This document shows positions 7,259 to 14,296 of a stretch of DNA of 18,638 nt, piece by piece. Below the pieces are notes generated by a model, which made no database searches, had not been told where the DNA came from, and saw nothing but the letters and a program-made list of their open reading frames with translations. This DNA comes from Candidatus Sumerlaeia bacterium. Its GTDB lineage: Bacteria > Sumerlaeota > Sumerlaeia > SLMS01. The stretch's first letter is position 1. Every line of letters begins with the position of its first letter. A program made the translations under genes and the position numbers. The stretch is from the NCBI GenBank assembly GCA_038208905.1, contig JBBQYG010000068.1:1-18638 (forward strand), in the 5' to 3' direction.

Positions 7259-7978
7259 CTAGTCGTCCTGCACATAGAAACTCAGGCTTTCCAGTTCCAG
7301 CGACAAGTCCACATAGCGCACGTGAACGTCGGCGGGGACCTCCAGCCGCGTGGGCACGAAGTTCAGGAAGGCGTGGATCCCAAGCCCGACAAGGCGGTTG
7401 GCGATGTCCTGAACAACCTCGTCGGGCACCGCCAGCACGGCGATGTCCACGTGCTGCCCCTCAAGGCGCGTCTCCAGCTCCTCGACGTCATAGATCACGA
7501 TGGACGATCGCGACCGCGCGCGGGCCGCCTCGGGGTTGACGTCGAATCCCCACAGCATCGTGAAGCCCTGCTTGAGGAAGCCCCTATAGGACAGCAGCGC
7601 CGACCCGAGGTTTCCGACCCCCACCAGCACCACGCGCACCTCGCGGTCCTTGCCCAGGATCCGGCGCAGTTCCCGCCGCAACTCGCCCACATGGTATCCG
7701 AAACCCGGGATGCCAAATTGGCCGAAGCACGCGAGGTCCTTGCGCACCTGGGCCGAGTTCAGGCCAAGGCGCCGCGCCAGCTCGGCGGAGCTGACCTTCT
7801 CCACTTTCTCGAACTCCAGAAGCTGGAGAATGCGCGCATACAGGGAAAGGCGCTTGATCACCGCGCTGGGAATCTTCCGCGCGTCGAGGTCCGCCCCGTT
7901 GCGGTCGCGCGCCATGGCGCTACCCTTCCCCGCGGGCGGCGGGGTCGGCTTGGAGATGTCTTTTCGGGGGCGGGCCAT
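7259..7978 (-). CDS. rex: Redox-sensing transcriptional repressor Rex
   Basis: IPSAVIKRLSLY, VSSAELA, AQVRKDLACFGQFG-x2-G-x-GY, VGVGNLGSAL, NFVP. Start ATG 7978 (alternative 7915). Confidence 0.96.
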   Translation of the reverse strand: MARPRKDISKPTPPPAGKGSAMARDRNGADLDARKIPSAVIKRLSLYARILQLLEFEKVEKVSSAELARRLGLNSAQVRKDLACFGQFGIPGFGYHVGELRRELRRILGKDREVRVVLVGVGNLGSALLSYRGFLKQGFTMLWGFDVNPEAARARSRSSIVIYDVEELETRLEGQHVDIAVLAVPDEVVQDIANRLVGLGIHAFLNFVPTRLEVPADVHVRYVDLSLELESLSFYVQDD

Positions 7979-8026
7979 TTCCTCACTCACGCCAACAAAA
8001 GACGGAAAAGCACCGGGCGAGCACAA

Positions 8027-8074
8027 GGGGGAAACGGCGGGGAAAGGCAGGGAGCGGCAGGGAAACGGCAGGGG
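8027..8074. repeat. 10-11 nt tandem repeat GGGA(A/G)(A/C)(C)GGC(A/G) x4
   Basis: GGGGG-aaacggc-GGGG-aaaggca-GGG-agcggca-GGG-aaacggca-GGGG. Confidence 0.75.
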
Positions 8075-8080
8075 CTCCCG

Positions 8081-8458
8081 CTACCAGGGGCCGATGATCA
8101 GGTCGAGGTTGGCGAGCAGCAGCCCCATCGCGGCGCTCCACCCGAAGGCGAGCGCGGTGGTGGCCCAGCCCTGCATCCGGGCGTCGGCGACCGCGAAGCG
8201 CGCAATCACGGAGGCCAACGCGCCGCCAATGCCGAGGAGCACGAAGCCCCCGATCAGCCCGTAGATAACCGTGGCGATCATGGCACCGACGATCTGGCCG
8301 AATCCCGACACGTAGCCGACAAAGGGAACCGGGAACCGATAGGCCACAACCAGCAAGGCCGCGACGGGAACCGCCGCGAGCACCGCGACCAGGGCCCCCC
8401 GCGCGGCAAGGCGGAAGGAATAGGCCCGCGGGCTGGGCGGCTGATGGTACTTCGCCAT
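8081..8458 (-). CDS. Hypothetical membrane protein (~3 TM segments)
   Basis: SD GGGAG plus ATG 8458; hydrophobic stretches; YRFPVPFVGYVSG and LANLDLIIGPW segments. Confidence 0.8.
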   Translation of the reverse strand: MAKYHQPPSPRAYSFRLAARGALVAVLAAVPVAALLVVAYRFPVPFVGYVSGFGQIVGAMIATVIYGLIGGFVLLGIGGALASVIARFAVADARMQGWATTALAFGWSAAMGLLLANLDLIIGPW

Positions 8459-8550
8459 GGTCGTACTCCCGATCCGCGTTGCGTTGCGGCTTCGGGATGT
8501 ATAGACAACGCGGCGTGAATGCGCTCAAGCCCTATTCCCAATCGCGGCGA

Positions 8551-8642
8551 GCCCGGTGGGCGGAACTGGGATAGCCCCGGATGCAGCCGAATGGCGGAAC
8601 CCGGGGGTCATTGTATATACGCTCCAAGGCCCCGACAGGGGC
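8551..8642. repeat. REP-like multi-hairpin element
   Basis: Hairpins GCCC-ggt-GGGC (8551-8561), CCCCGG/CCGGGG (8575-8606) and GCCCC-gaca-GGGGC (8629-8642). Confidence 0.5.
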
Positions 8643-8678
8643 GGCACAGATGCCGACAGGCCGAGGCAAACCGCCTAT

Positions 8679-8705
8679 CCACAGATTGAACAGATTTCAC
8701 AGATT
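8679..8705. repeat. 9-nt tandem repeat ACAGATT x3
   Basis: ACAGATT at 8681, 8690 and 8699; degenerate inverse units (ATCTCCGTGAATCTC, CTCTGCGATCTGCG) follow at ~8726-8774. Confidence 0.7.
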
Positions 8706-8873
8706 CATGCAGGGGACTTCCAGGCATCTCCGTGAATCTCTCCACCTCAAACTCTGCGATCTGCGTGCCTCTGCAATGAATGCCGTTTTGTTTTCAGGCG
8801 ACGACTTGGCTCTGGCATTTCGGAAGATGCTCTCGCGAATTGTTCGCGTCTTCCTGCCCATGCGGCCGTTGGG

Positions 8874-9728
8874 TTACGTGGCGGGCACTGGCGTCGCGCC
8901 GGAATCCCGGTCGGCGCGGGCGACGATGGAGATGTGGCTCTTTTCGGCGAGTTCCACCGCTTCCTTGCGGTCGAAGAACAGCGAGCTTCCCGCGGTGACG
9001 CAGAGGGCGGCGGCGCGGGCCGCCACCAGGTGCTTGATCGTGGTGAGGCCCACCACGGGAACGTCGAATCGCATGTCCTGGCGTGGCTTGCTGACCTTGA
9101 TAAAGACGACGCCCTCTCCCGCTCCGGAGATCGCGCCGCAACGCTTGATCAAGTTGTCGGTTCCCTCCAGCGCCTCCACGGCCACCACCACCTGGTTCTT
9201 CACCGCGATGGTCTGGCCGATGTCCAGCCGCCCAAGCTCCTTGGCCAACGGATAGCCGAACTCGATGTCGCGCAGGATATCCTCCGTGGGGCGGACGCGC
9301 GGGGTTAGGATGCCTTCCTCGGGCATGCAGCTCTTGAGGAACATGGTGGAGTTGAGGACGGTGAAGCCCTCGCCCTCCAGCTCGTCCACGGCGCGCTTGA
9401 GGAGCGAGTCGGCCTTCTTGTTGGGGAGCGTCGCCAGCAGGCGGATCACCCGCGGGTCCAGCGTGAGCTGCTTCAAGAGCAGGATGCCGTGGGGAACGCG
9501 CCCGGCGAGGACGAGGTGGCGAACGCCGGTGCCGCGGGAGAGTTCGATCAGCTTGGAAAGCTCTGATATCTTCAGGAAGTGCATCTCGTCGGCGTGCTGG
9601 CGCAGCTCCTCGCTCGCATAGCCCTTGATGCCGAAGACGACCACGGCGACGCCCTCGCTCCGCGCGGCCTTCGCCAGCGTCACGGGGAAGTTGCCCTCTC
9701 CCGCGATCAGGCCGATGCGCGTGGGCAT
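8874..9728 (-). CDS. lpxI: UDP-2,3-diacylglucosamine diphosphatase LpxI
   Basis: IGLIAGEGNFP, LDIGQTIAV, AVEALEGTD, KVSKPRQDMRFDVPVVG; SD GGAG plus ATG 9728. Confidence 0.93.
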   Translation of the reverse strand: MPTRIGLIAGEGNFPVTLAKAARSEGVAVVVFGIKGYASEELRQHADEMHFLKISELSKLIELSRGTGVRHLVLAGRVPHGILLLKQLTLDPRVIRLLATLPNKKADSLLKRAVDELEGEGFTVLNSTMFLKSCMPEEGILTPRVRPTEDILRDIEFGYPLAKELGRLDIGQTIAVKNQVVVAVEALEGTDNLIKRCGAISGAGEGVVFIKVSKPRQDMRFDVPVVGLTTIKHLVAARAAALCVTAGSSLFFDRKEAVELAEKSHISIVARADRDSGATPVPAT

Positions 9729-9771
9729 CTGCTCCAGGCGCGGCTTGGTCGCATCGATATAGATGCCGGGG

Positions 9772-10266
9772 CTACTCAACGGGGGAACCGGAGCCTTTCT
9801 GGAAGGCGAAAAGGAGAGTGACATTGGAGATCAGTTTTCCGTCGCAGTGGACCTCGGCGATCAGGCGCCCGGTGCGCGACTTCAGATTGGAGATTTTCCC
9901 GGTAACGTCCAGGCGCATGCCGGGGACGGCGGGGCGGCGGAACTTGGCCTCCTCCACGGTCATCAGATAGGCGATCTTGCCGACGTTCTCCTTGCGGGAA
10001 AGGATCCAGCACGCGCCGACCTGGGCGACGGTTTCAATCTGGAGGACGCCGGGATAGATGGGCTCTCCGGGAAAGTGGCCGCGAAAGACCCACTCCGCGT
10101 TGGAAAGCAGCTTGTAGCCCGTCATGCCATCGGCGGTGAAATCGGTGATGCCATCCACCAGCAGGAACGGGTGGCGATGGGGAAGGATCTTCTGGATCGT
10201 GGCCGAGTCGAAGGGCGGCCAGTAGGCAAACAGGTCGCGCGCGCTGGAGGTTTCGATGACGCTCAT
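9772..10266 (-). CDS. fabZ: 3-hydroxyacyl-ACP dehydratase FabZ
   Basis: ILPHRHPFLLVD, FRGHFPGEPIYPGVLQIETVAQ, AKFRRPAVPG; SD AAGGA plus ATG 10266. Confidence 0.93.
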   Translation of the reverse strand: MSVIETSSARDLFAYWPPFDSATIQKILPHRHPFLLVDGITDFTADGMTGYKLLSNAEWVFRGHFPGEPIYPGVLQIETVAQVGACWILSRKENVGKIAYLMTVEEAKFRRPAVPGMRLDVTGKISNLKSRTGRLIAEVHCDGKLISNVTLLFAFQKGSGSPVE

Positions 10267-10270
10267 TCGG

Positions 10271-11122
10271 TTATCCTTGCTCCTGCCATGTGGCTGCCAG
10301 GCGTTGCGCAAACTTTACGTGGCCGCGGTGCCCGGCGCGCCAGGCCCAGAAATGCCCCCTCAGGACGGCGGGGATCAGCGCCAAGTCACCCAGAAGGTCC
10401 ACGATCTTGTGACGAACAACCTCGTCGGGAAAGGCCAAAGACTCATTGTAGTAACGTTCGTGGTCGAAAACAACGGCATTCTGAAGGTTCCCGCCGCGAA
10501 TGAGGCCCGCCGCGCGAAGCTTTTCCAGGTCCGACGCCAGGGCAAACGTCCGCGCTGGCGCCGCCTCGCGCAGGAAACTCTCCTCGTCCACCTCCATCGA
10601 AAAGCCCATGTTGCCAACGATGGTGCCGGGGAACTCCACGAAGCACGAAAGCCGCAGGCCATCGTGGGCCGTGGCCACCATCAGGGCGTTGCCATCCTCC
10701 ACCGTCTCCGCCGCGCCAATGGCCAGCACGGGGCGCGGGGCGCCGGTGTCCTCGGTCCCGGCCTCGCGGATCGCGTTCAGGAACTCCAGCGCGCCGCCGC
10801 CGAGAAAGGGAACCTCCGGGCCGGCCTGCTCCACCAGCGCGTCGCTTATCCCCGCCGCATACAGCGCCGCCATCAGGTGCTCGATCTGCTCGAATCGCTC
10901 GCCGCCATCGCCCACGATCACCGTCCGGCGGTCGCTGGCCTCGGCATCCGCGTGCCGCCACGTTGCCGGCACCACGGCGCGGCCCCGGGTAAAGGCAATG
11001 CCGTGGCCCGCGGCGCACGGACGCAGAGTCGCGCGGCAGGGCGCGCCGCTGTGGATGCCGACGCCCTCGATGGCGACGTCGCGGCGCAGCGTGCGGGTGG
11101 TCATGGGCGGCGCGATGCTCAC
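10271..11122 (-). CDS. lpxC: UDP-3-O-acyl-N-acetylglucosamine deacetylase LpxC
   Basis: RTL...GVGIHSG, IEHLMAAL, APARTF, DEVVRHKIVDLLGDL, AGH (Zn ligands and catalytic residues retained). GTG overlaps the skp stop; alternative ATG at 11104. Confidence 0.95.
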   Translation of the reverse strand: MSIAPPMTTRTLRRDVAIEGVGIHSGAPCRATLRPCAAGHGIAFTRGRAVVPATWRHADAEASDRRTVIVGDGGERFEQIEHLMAALYAAGISDALVEQAGPEVPFLGGGALEFLNAIREAGTEDTGAPRPVLAIGAAETVEDGNALMVATAHDGLRLSCFVEFPGTIVGNMGFSMEVDEESFLREAAPARTFALASDLEKLRAAGLIRGGNLQNAVVFDHERYYNESLAFPDEVVRHKIVDLLGDLALIPAVLRGHFWAWRAGHRGHVKFAQRLAATWQEQG

Positions 11123-11772
11123 GGGACGAGGGGGAGGATCTCCGGCTGGCGCCCCGCCTTGCCTTCGGACTCCAGCTTGTCCTTCATCGCGGCGGCGCGC
11201 AATTCCTCGAAATTGGTGTCCAGCTCGCGGATCACCTGCGGCGTCAGGTCCACCGTGGACCGGCCATAGAGCACCATTTCTCCGCGCACCACCAAGTCGA
11301 TTCCCCGCCGGTCGGCCACCTTGCCGATATACACGATCACCTGCTCCAGAAGCGGCTCCACCGTGGCGCGCTGGGTCTCGCGGACCTTGCGGGTGAACTT
11401 GAATTCCAGCTCGTCGGCCTCCGCCAACAGGTCCAGCGCCTTCTGCCGCCGCGTCGCGCGCTCCTCGTCCGAAAGCACGGCGTTCTGCTGCTCAAGCTGA
11501 AGGCGCAGGCGGCGAGCCTCCTGCTTCTTCGCGTCGATCGCGTCCGATTCCTTGGCGAGTTCGCTATCCAGTTCCGCCATGATCTTGCGGACGGAGGCAC
11601 TGCGCTCCAGCACCAACTCGATATCCACGAACGCCACCCGCGACGGAGCCGCCAACGTAGCGGTATCCGACGTGGCCGACTGGCCCACGGCCACCGACGC
11701 CCACAAGGCGACAATGACGCAAAGAATCAGCACGGAGAGAAGGCGGGGCATGTGGAGGGCGAGGGCTTTCAT
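11119..11772 (-). CDS. skp: OmpH/Skp family periplasmic chaperone
   Basis: Signal peptide; RVAFVDIELVL, coiled coil, KVADRRGIDLVV, VLYG-x3-DLTPQVIREL. Start 11772 or 11751. Confidence 0.88.
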   Translation of the reverse strand: MKALALHMPRLLSVLILCVIVALWASVAVGQSATSDTATLAAPSRVAFVDIELVLERSASVRKIMAELDSELAKESDAIDAKKQEARRLRLQLEQQNAVLSDEERATRRQKALDLLAEADELEFKFTRKVRETQRATVEPLLEQVIVYIGKVADRRGIDLVVRGEMVLYGRSTVDLTPQVIRELDTNFEELRAAAMKDKLESEGKAGRQPEILPLVP

Positions 11773-11846
11773 GTCAAGGGCGGGAAGGACACCAAACAGG
11801 GGCGGTCGAGCGCAAGGGTCATGGTTTGCGGGGGGGCGGCGGCGGG

Positions 11847-11949
11847 CAGGAACTCCCAATGCGGCCCAACGGGGAGCGATCCCCCTGTGGTAAACGAGGT
11901 ATCTGATCCGGCGATAGCCCAGCTTGCTTGAGGAGTTTCAAGAGTCCTA
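11847..11949. mobile_element. MITE-like element, copy A (degenerate right end)
   Basis: First 16 nt CAGGAACTCCCAATGC are identical to copy B. Internal blocks align (GTATCTG, TCCGGCGAT, GCTTGC-TGAGGA). It has ~17 extra nt relative to B. Confidence 0.6.
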
Positions 11950-11971
11950 CCCGCGGCCCGTGCTCGATTCC

Positions 11972-12054
11972 ATTTGTGTTCATTTGTGTCCATTCGTGGT
12001 AACCCTCTCGCGGCGCCGGGAGCCTACCACGAATAGACACTGATAGACACGAAT
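11972..12054. repeat. Inverted pair of 10-nt tandem repeats forming a large hairpin
   Basis: CATTTGTGTT/CATTTGTGTC/CATTCGTGGT (11971-12000). The reverse complement of 11972-12001 matches 12025-12054 at 24/30. Confidence 0.75.
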
Positions 12055-12090
12055 TCTCCCTGCCCGAACCCAATGGAAACCATGCGGAAT

Positions 12091-12178
12091 CAGGAACTCC
12101 CAATGCTCCCCCCCTGGGTGAACGGCGTATCTGCTCCGGCGATGGCGCTGCTTGCCTGAGGATATTTAGGAGTTCCTG
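12091..12178. mobile_element. MITE-like element, copy B (88 bp, terminal inverted repeats)
   Basis: CAGGAACTCCCAA ... TTAGGAGTTCCTG: 12/13 TIR with the outer 10 bp perfect; no coding capacity. Confidence 0.7.
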
Positions 12179-12488
12179 GGGGCGAGGCATCTGGCGCGAG
12201 TTCGACCATATCGTTGCCGTCAACGAAATGATCCTCCGCGCGCTGTACGTCGTCGAAGTCAACCCCGCGCCACCCCCCACCCTCCGCAATCGAACGCCCC
12301 CGCTGTACCAACTGGAACTTCCGCGCGTTGGCCAGCCTGCGCCCGAGGTGTCCAGATCACTGATTATGCACGAGTTGACGAGTCCACCCGGCCGCTGGCA
12401 CCGATCTCTCTCTATCTATTCCCATGAATCGCCGGCCAAGTTCGAGAAACCAACCGGCGAACATACCAACAACCGAAGGGACACTCCC

Positions 12489-13316
12489 ATGAAAACCCGC
12501 CTCGTTGTCGTCACCACCTGCATCGTCGGCCTTCTGGCCGCCGGACTTACGATTCCCGCCATTGCACAGCCGAAAGATGGCGAGGGCAGTTCCTGGCGCG
12601 CCCGCCGCGGAGGTAGCGAGTGCGGCGGCGAAATGCCCCGCGATGGCGCCCCCCGGCGCGGCCCCGGCGGCCCCGCCGATGGCGAAGCCGGCCACGGATT
12701 CGGCCCGCCCCCCCGCGGGCCTGGCGGCCCCGGCGGCGGCCCGCTCGAAGGCGCCATCGGACACGCCATGCGCTCCCTCCATCCCTTCTGGGACGACGAC
12801 AATCTGACGACTGACCTCAACCTCTCGGTCGAGCAGATAGCGAGCCTCGAAGAGTCCCACGAACTGACCAAGACGAAACTCGAGGAAACCGAAGGCTCCG
12901 TCCGCGACGCCGGCGAAACACTCCGCGAGGAGATGCAGAAGGATTCCCCCGATATCGCCGTCGTCAACGGCCTCGTCGATACCCTCACCGAGGCCACCAA
13001 CGAGAAGGCCAAGATCGTCCTGGGCCACGCGGTGGTGGTGAAGAACGTCCTGACCGCGGAGCAGGAGGAGACCCTTAAGAAGAACGCCCGCCACGGCGGA
13101 CCCGAGTCGGCGGGCGAGCTCCGCCAGCTCCTCCAGGAAGTCCGCGGGATCGTCCACAACGGCGGCACCCTGGACGACGTCAAGCAGGCCATCGACGACT
13201 CCGACCTCTCCGACCCGATGAAGGACCGCGCCATCAAGATGGCCGAGGACCGCGCCGAGAAGCTCCGCTCCGGCGACGGCGCCGTCCGCAAGGGCGCCAA
13301 GGGGCCCAAGGAGTAA
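12489..13316 (+). CDS. Spy/CpxP-like (LTxxQ) periplasmic protein with Gly/Pro-rich N-region
   Basis: SD GAAGGGA plus ATG 12489; signal peptide ending AIA-Q; LNLSVEQ and VLTAEQ motifs; extra C-terminal helical region. Confidence 0.8.
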   Translation: MKTRLVVVTTCIVGLLAAGLTIPAIAQPKDGEGSSWRARRGGSECGGEMPRDGAPRRGPGGPADGEAGHGFGPPPRGPGGPGGGPLEGAIGHAMRSLHPFWDDDNLTTDLNLSVEQIASLEESHELTKTKLEETEGSVRDAGETLREEMQKDSPDIAVVNGLVDTLTEATNEKAKIVLGHAVVVKNVLTAEQEETLKKNARHGGPESAGELRQLLQEVRGIVHNGGTLDDVKQAIDDSDLSDPMKDRAIKMAEDRAEKLRSGDGAVRKGAKGPKE

Positions 13317-13374
13317 GCCTTAACCCGGCGCCGCCCCCCCAGCGCCGGAAATCTTACCTCTCTCTCCTCAGGGG

Positions 13375-13416
13375 GGCTCCCCCCGGTTCAGGAAGCCGGG
13401 GGGAGCCAGTTTTTTT
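13375..13416 (+). terminator. Rho-independent terminator
   Basis: 12-bp perfect stem GGCTCCCCCCGG/CCGGGGGGAGCC (13375-13407) followed by AG and T7. Confidence 0.9.
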
Positions 13417-13447
13417 ACGGGGAACGGCGGGAACAGCGGGAAAGGCG
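13417..13447. repeat. Left arm of inverted repeat flanking tautomerase copy 2 (9-nt tandem units GGGAACRGC)
   Basis: 13430-13447 GGAACAGCGGGAAAGGCG is the exact reverse complement of 13762-13779. Confidence 0.75.
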
Positions 13448-13540
13448 GAATGGGCAGGGGGATCGTTGGGGGCGATTGGGGATCGGCCCACTGGGTTGAC
13501 GTAGCGTTTGCGTTTTGATCGTGGGCGGCCTGTGCCCGCC

Positions 13541-13741
13541 TCACCCCGCGCGCTTCCGATGCTCCGTCGTCAGCACGCCAGCGAAGCCCCAGTTTTCCTC
13601 GTCGATTTCGTCGATGACGATGTGGGTGTGGTCGGGCTTCTTGCCGAGGACGGAGCGCAGGGTCTCCGTGATCTCCGCCACGATCCTGGCCTTCTGCTCC
13701 CGGGTCGCGCCCTACGTAATCCTTGCATTCACGTATGGCAT
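13541..13741 (-). pseudogene. 4-oxalocrotonate tautomerase family, second copy with in-frame amber stop
   Basis: MPYVNARIT*GATREQKARIVAEITETLRSVLGKKPDHTHIVIDEIDEENWGFAGVLTTEHRKRAG*. TAG at 13714-13712 where copy 1 has Lys. Confidence 0.9.
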
Positions 13742-13761
13742 CGCTCGCCCTCTTCGAAGCA

Positions 13762-13790
13762 CGCCTTTCCCGCTGTTCCGCCAACCCCGT
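13762..13790. repeat. Right arm of inverted repeat flanking tautomerase copy 2
   Basis: CGCCTTTCCCGCTGTTCC (18-bp perfect), extending imperfectly to CCCCGT 13785-13790, which pairs with ACGGGG 13417-13422. Confidence 0.75.
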
Positions 13791-13824
13791 CTTTCCCCAA
13801 TCATTTCATCTCTCATCCCTGCCG

Positions 13825-14256
13825 CTACGGCAGCACCAACTCCCGCGTCTGGTACAGGGTCCACTGGCCTTCATCGCGGCGGAGTCGGGCGAGGAGCTTG
13901 ATGCGGACGAGGTTCTTGCTTTCGCCGGGGAGGGCGGTGGTCAGGTGGACCTTGACCCAGGCGGTGGAGCCCAGCGTGCCCAGGCGGTAGTCGCTGCGGC
14001 TGACCTCCTCGACAAGCCTGCCCTTGGAGAGGCCGGAGAGCAGCGCGACGTCGAGTTCGCCATTGCCGGCGGCCCCTTGTGACGCGGGATAGATGACGTT
14101 GGCATAGGGAGAGAGCGTGTCGCCGTCCTTGGCCAGCCACTCCTCGAACTCGCGGAACTGCCACGCCGCCAACAGGGCGATGGCGATGCCCACCAAGACG
14201 AGCGTGCCGCCAACGGCGAGCAGGATGTTGCGCCGCGGCGGGCGGGCCGGTGGCAT
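13825..14256 (-). CDS. Hypothetical protein with N-terminal membrane anchor (143 aa)
   Basis: SD GGAGG plus ATG 14256; RRNILLAVGGTLVLVGIAIALLAAW TM segment followed by a soluble alpha/beta region. Confidence 0.75.
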   Translation of the reverse strand: MPPARPPRRNILLAVGGTLVLVGIAIALLAAWQFREFEEWLAKDGDTLSPYANVIYPASQGAAGNGELDVALLSGLSKGRLVEEVSRSDYRLGTLGSTAWVKVHLTTALPGESKNLVRIKLLARLRRDEGQWTLYQTRELVLP

Positions 14257-14296
14257 CGTGATGCTTTCCTCCCCTCGCGGAATGGAGGCGCCGCGA

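Noticed and set aside
11847-12178. CRISPR array
   Set aside because: Only two long degenerate copies with TIRs, no regular repeat-spacer period and no cas genes.
12314-12345. ECF/sigmaE promoter for the spy-like gene (GGAACTT)
   Set aside because: A good -35 is present, but no matching -10 element at the 16-17 nt spacing.
13712-13714. Pyrrolysine or amber recoding in tautomerase copy 2
   Set aside because: TAG is the normal stop of many genes here (ndh, rex, moeB, tautomerase 1). A single Lys-codon-to-TAG change is simpler.
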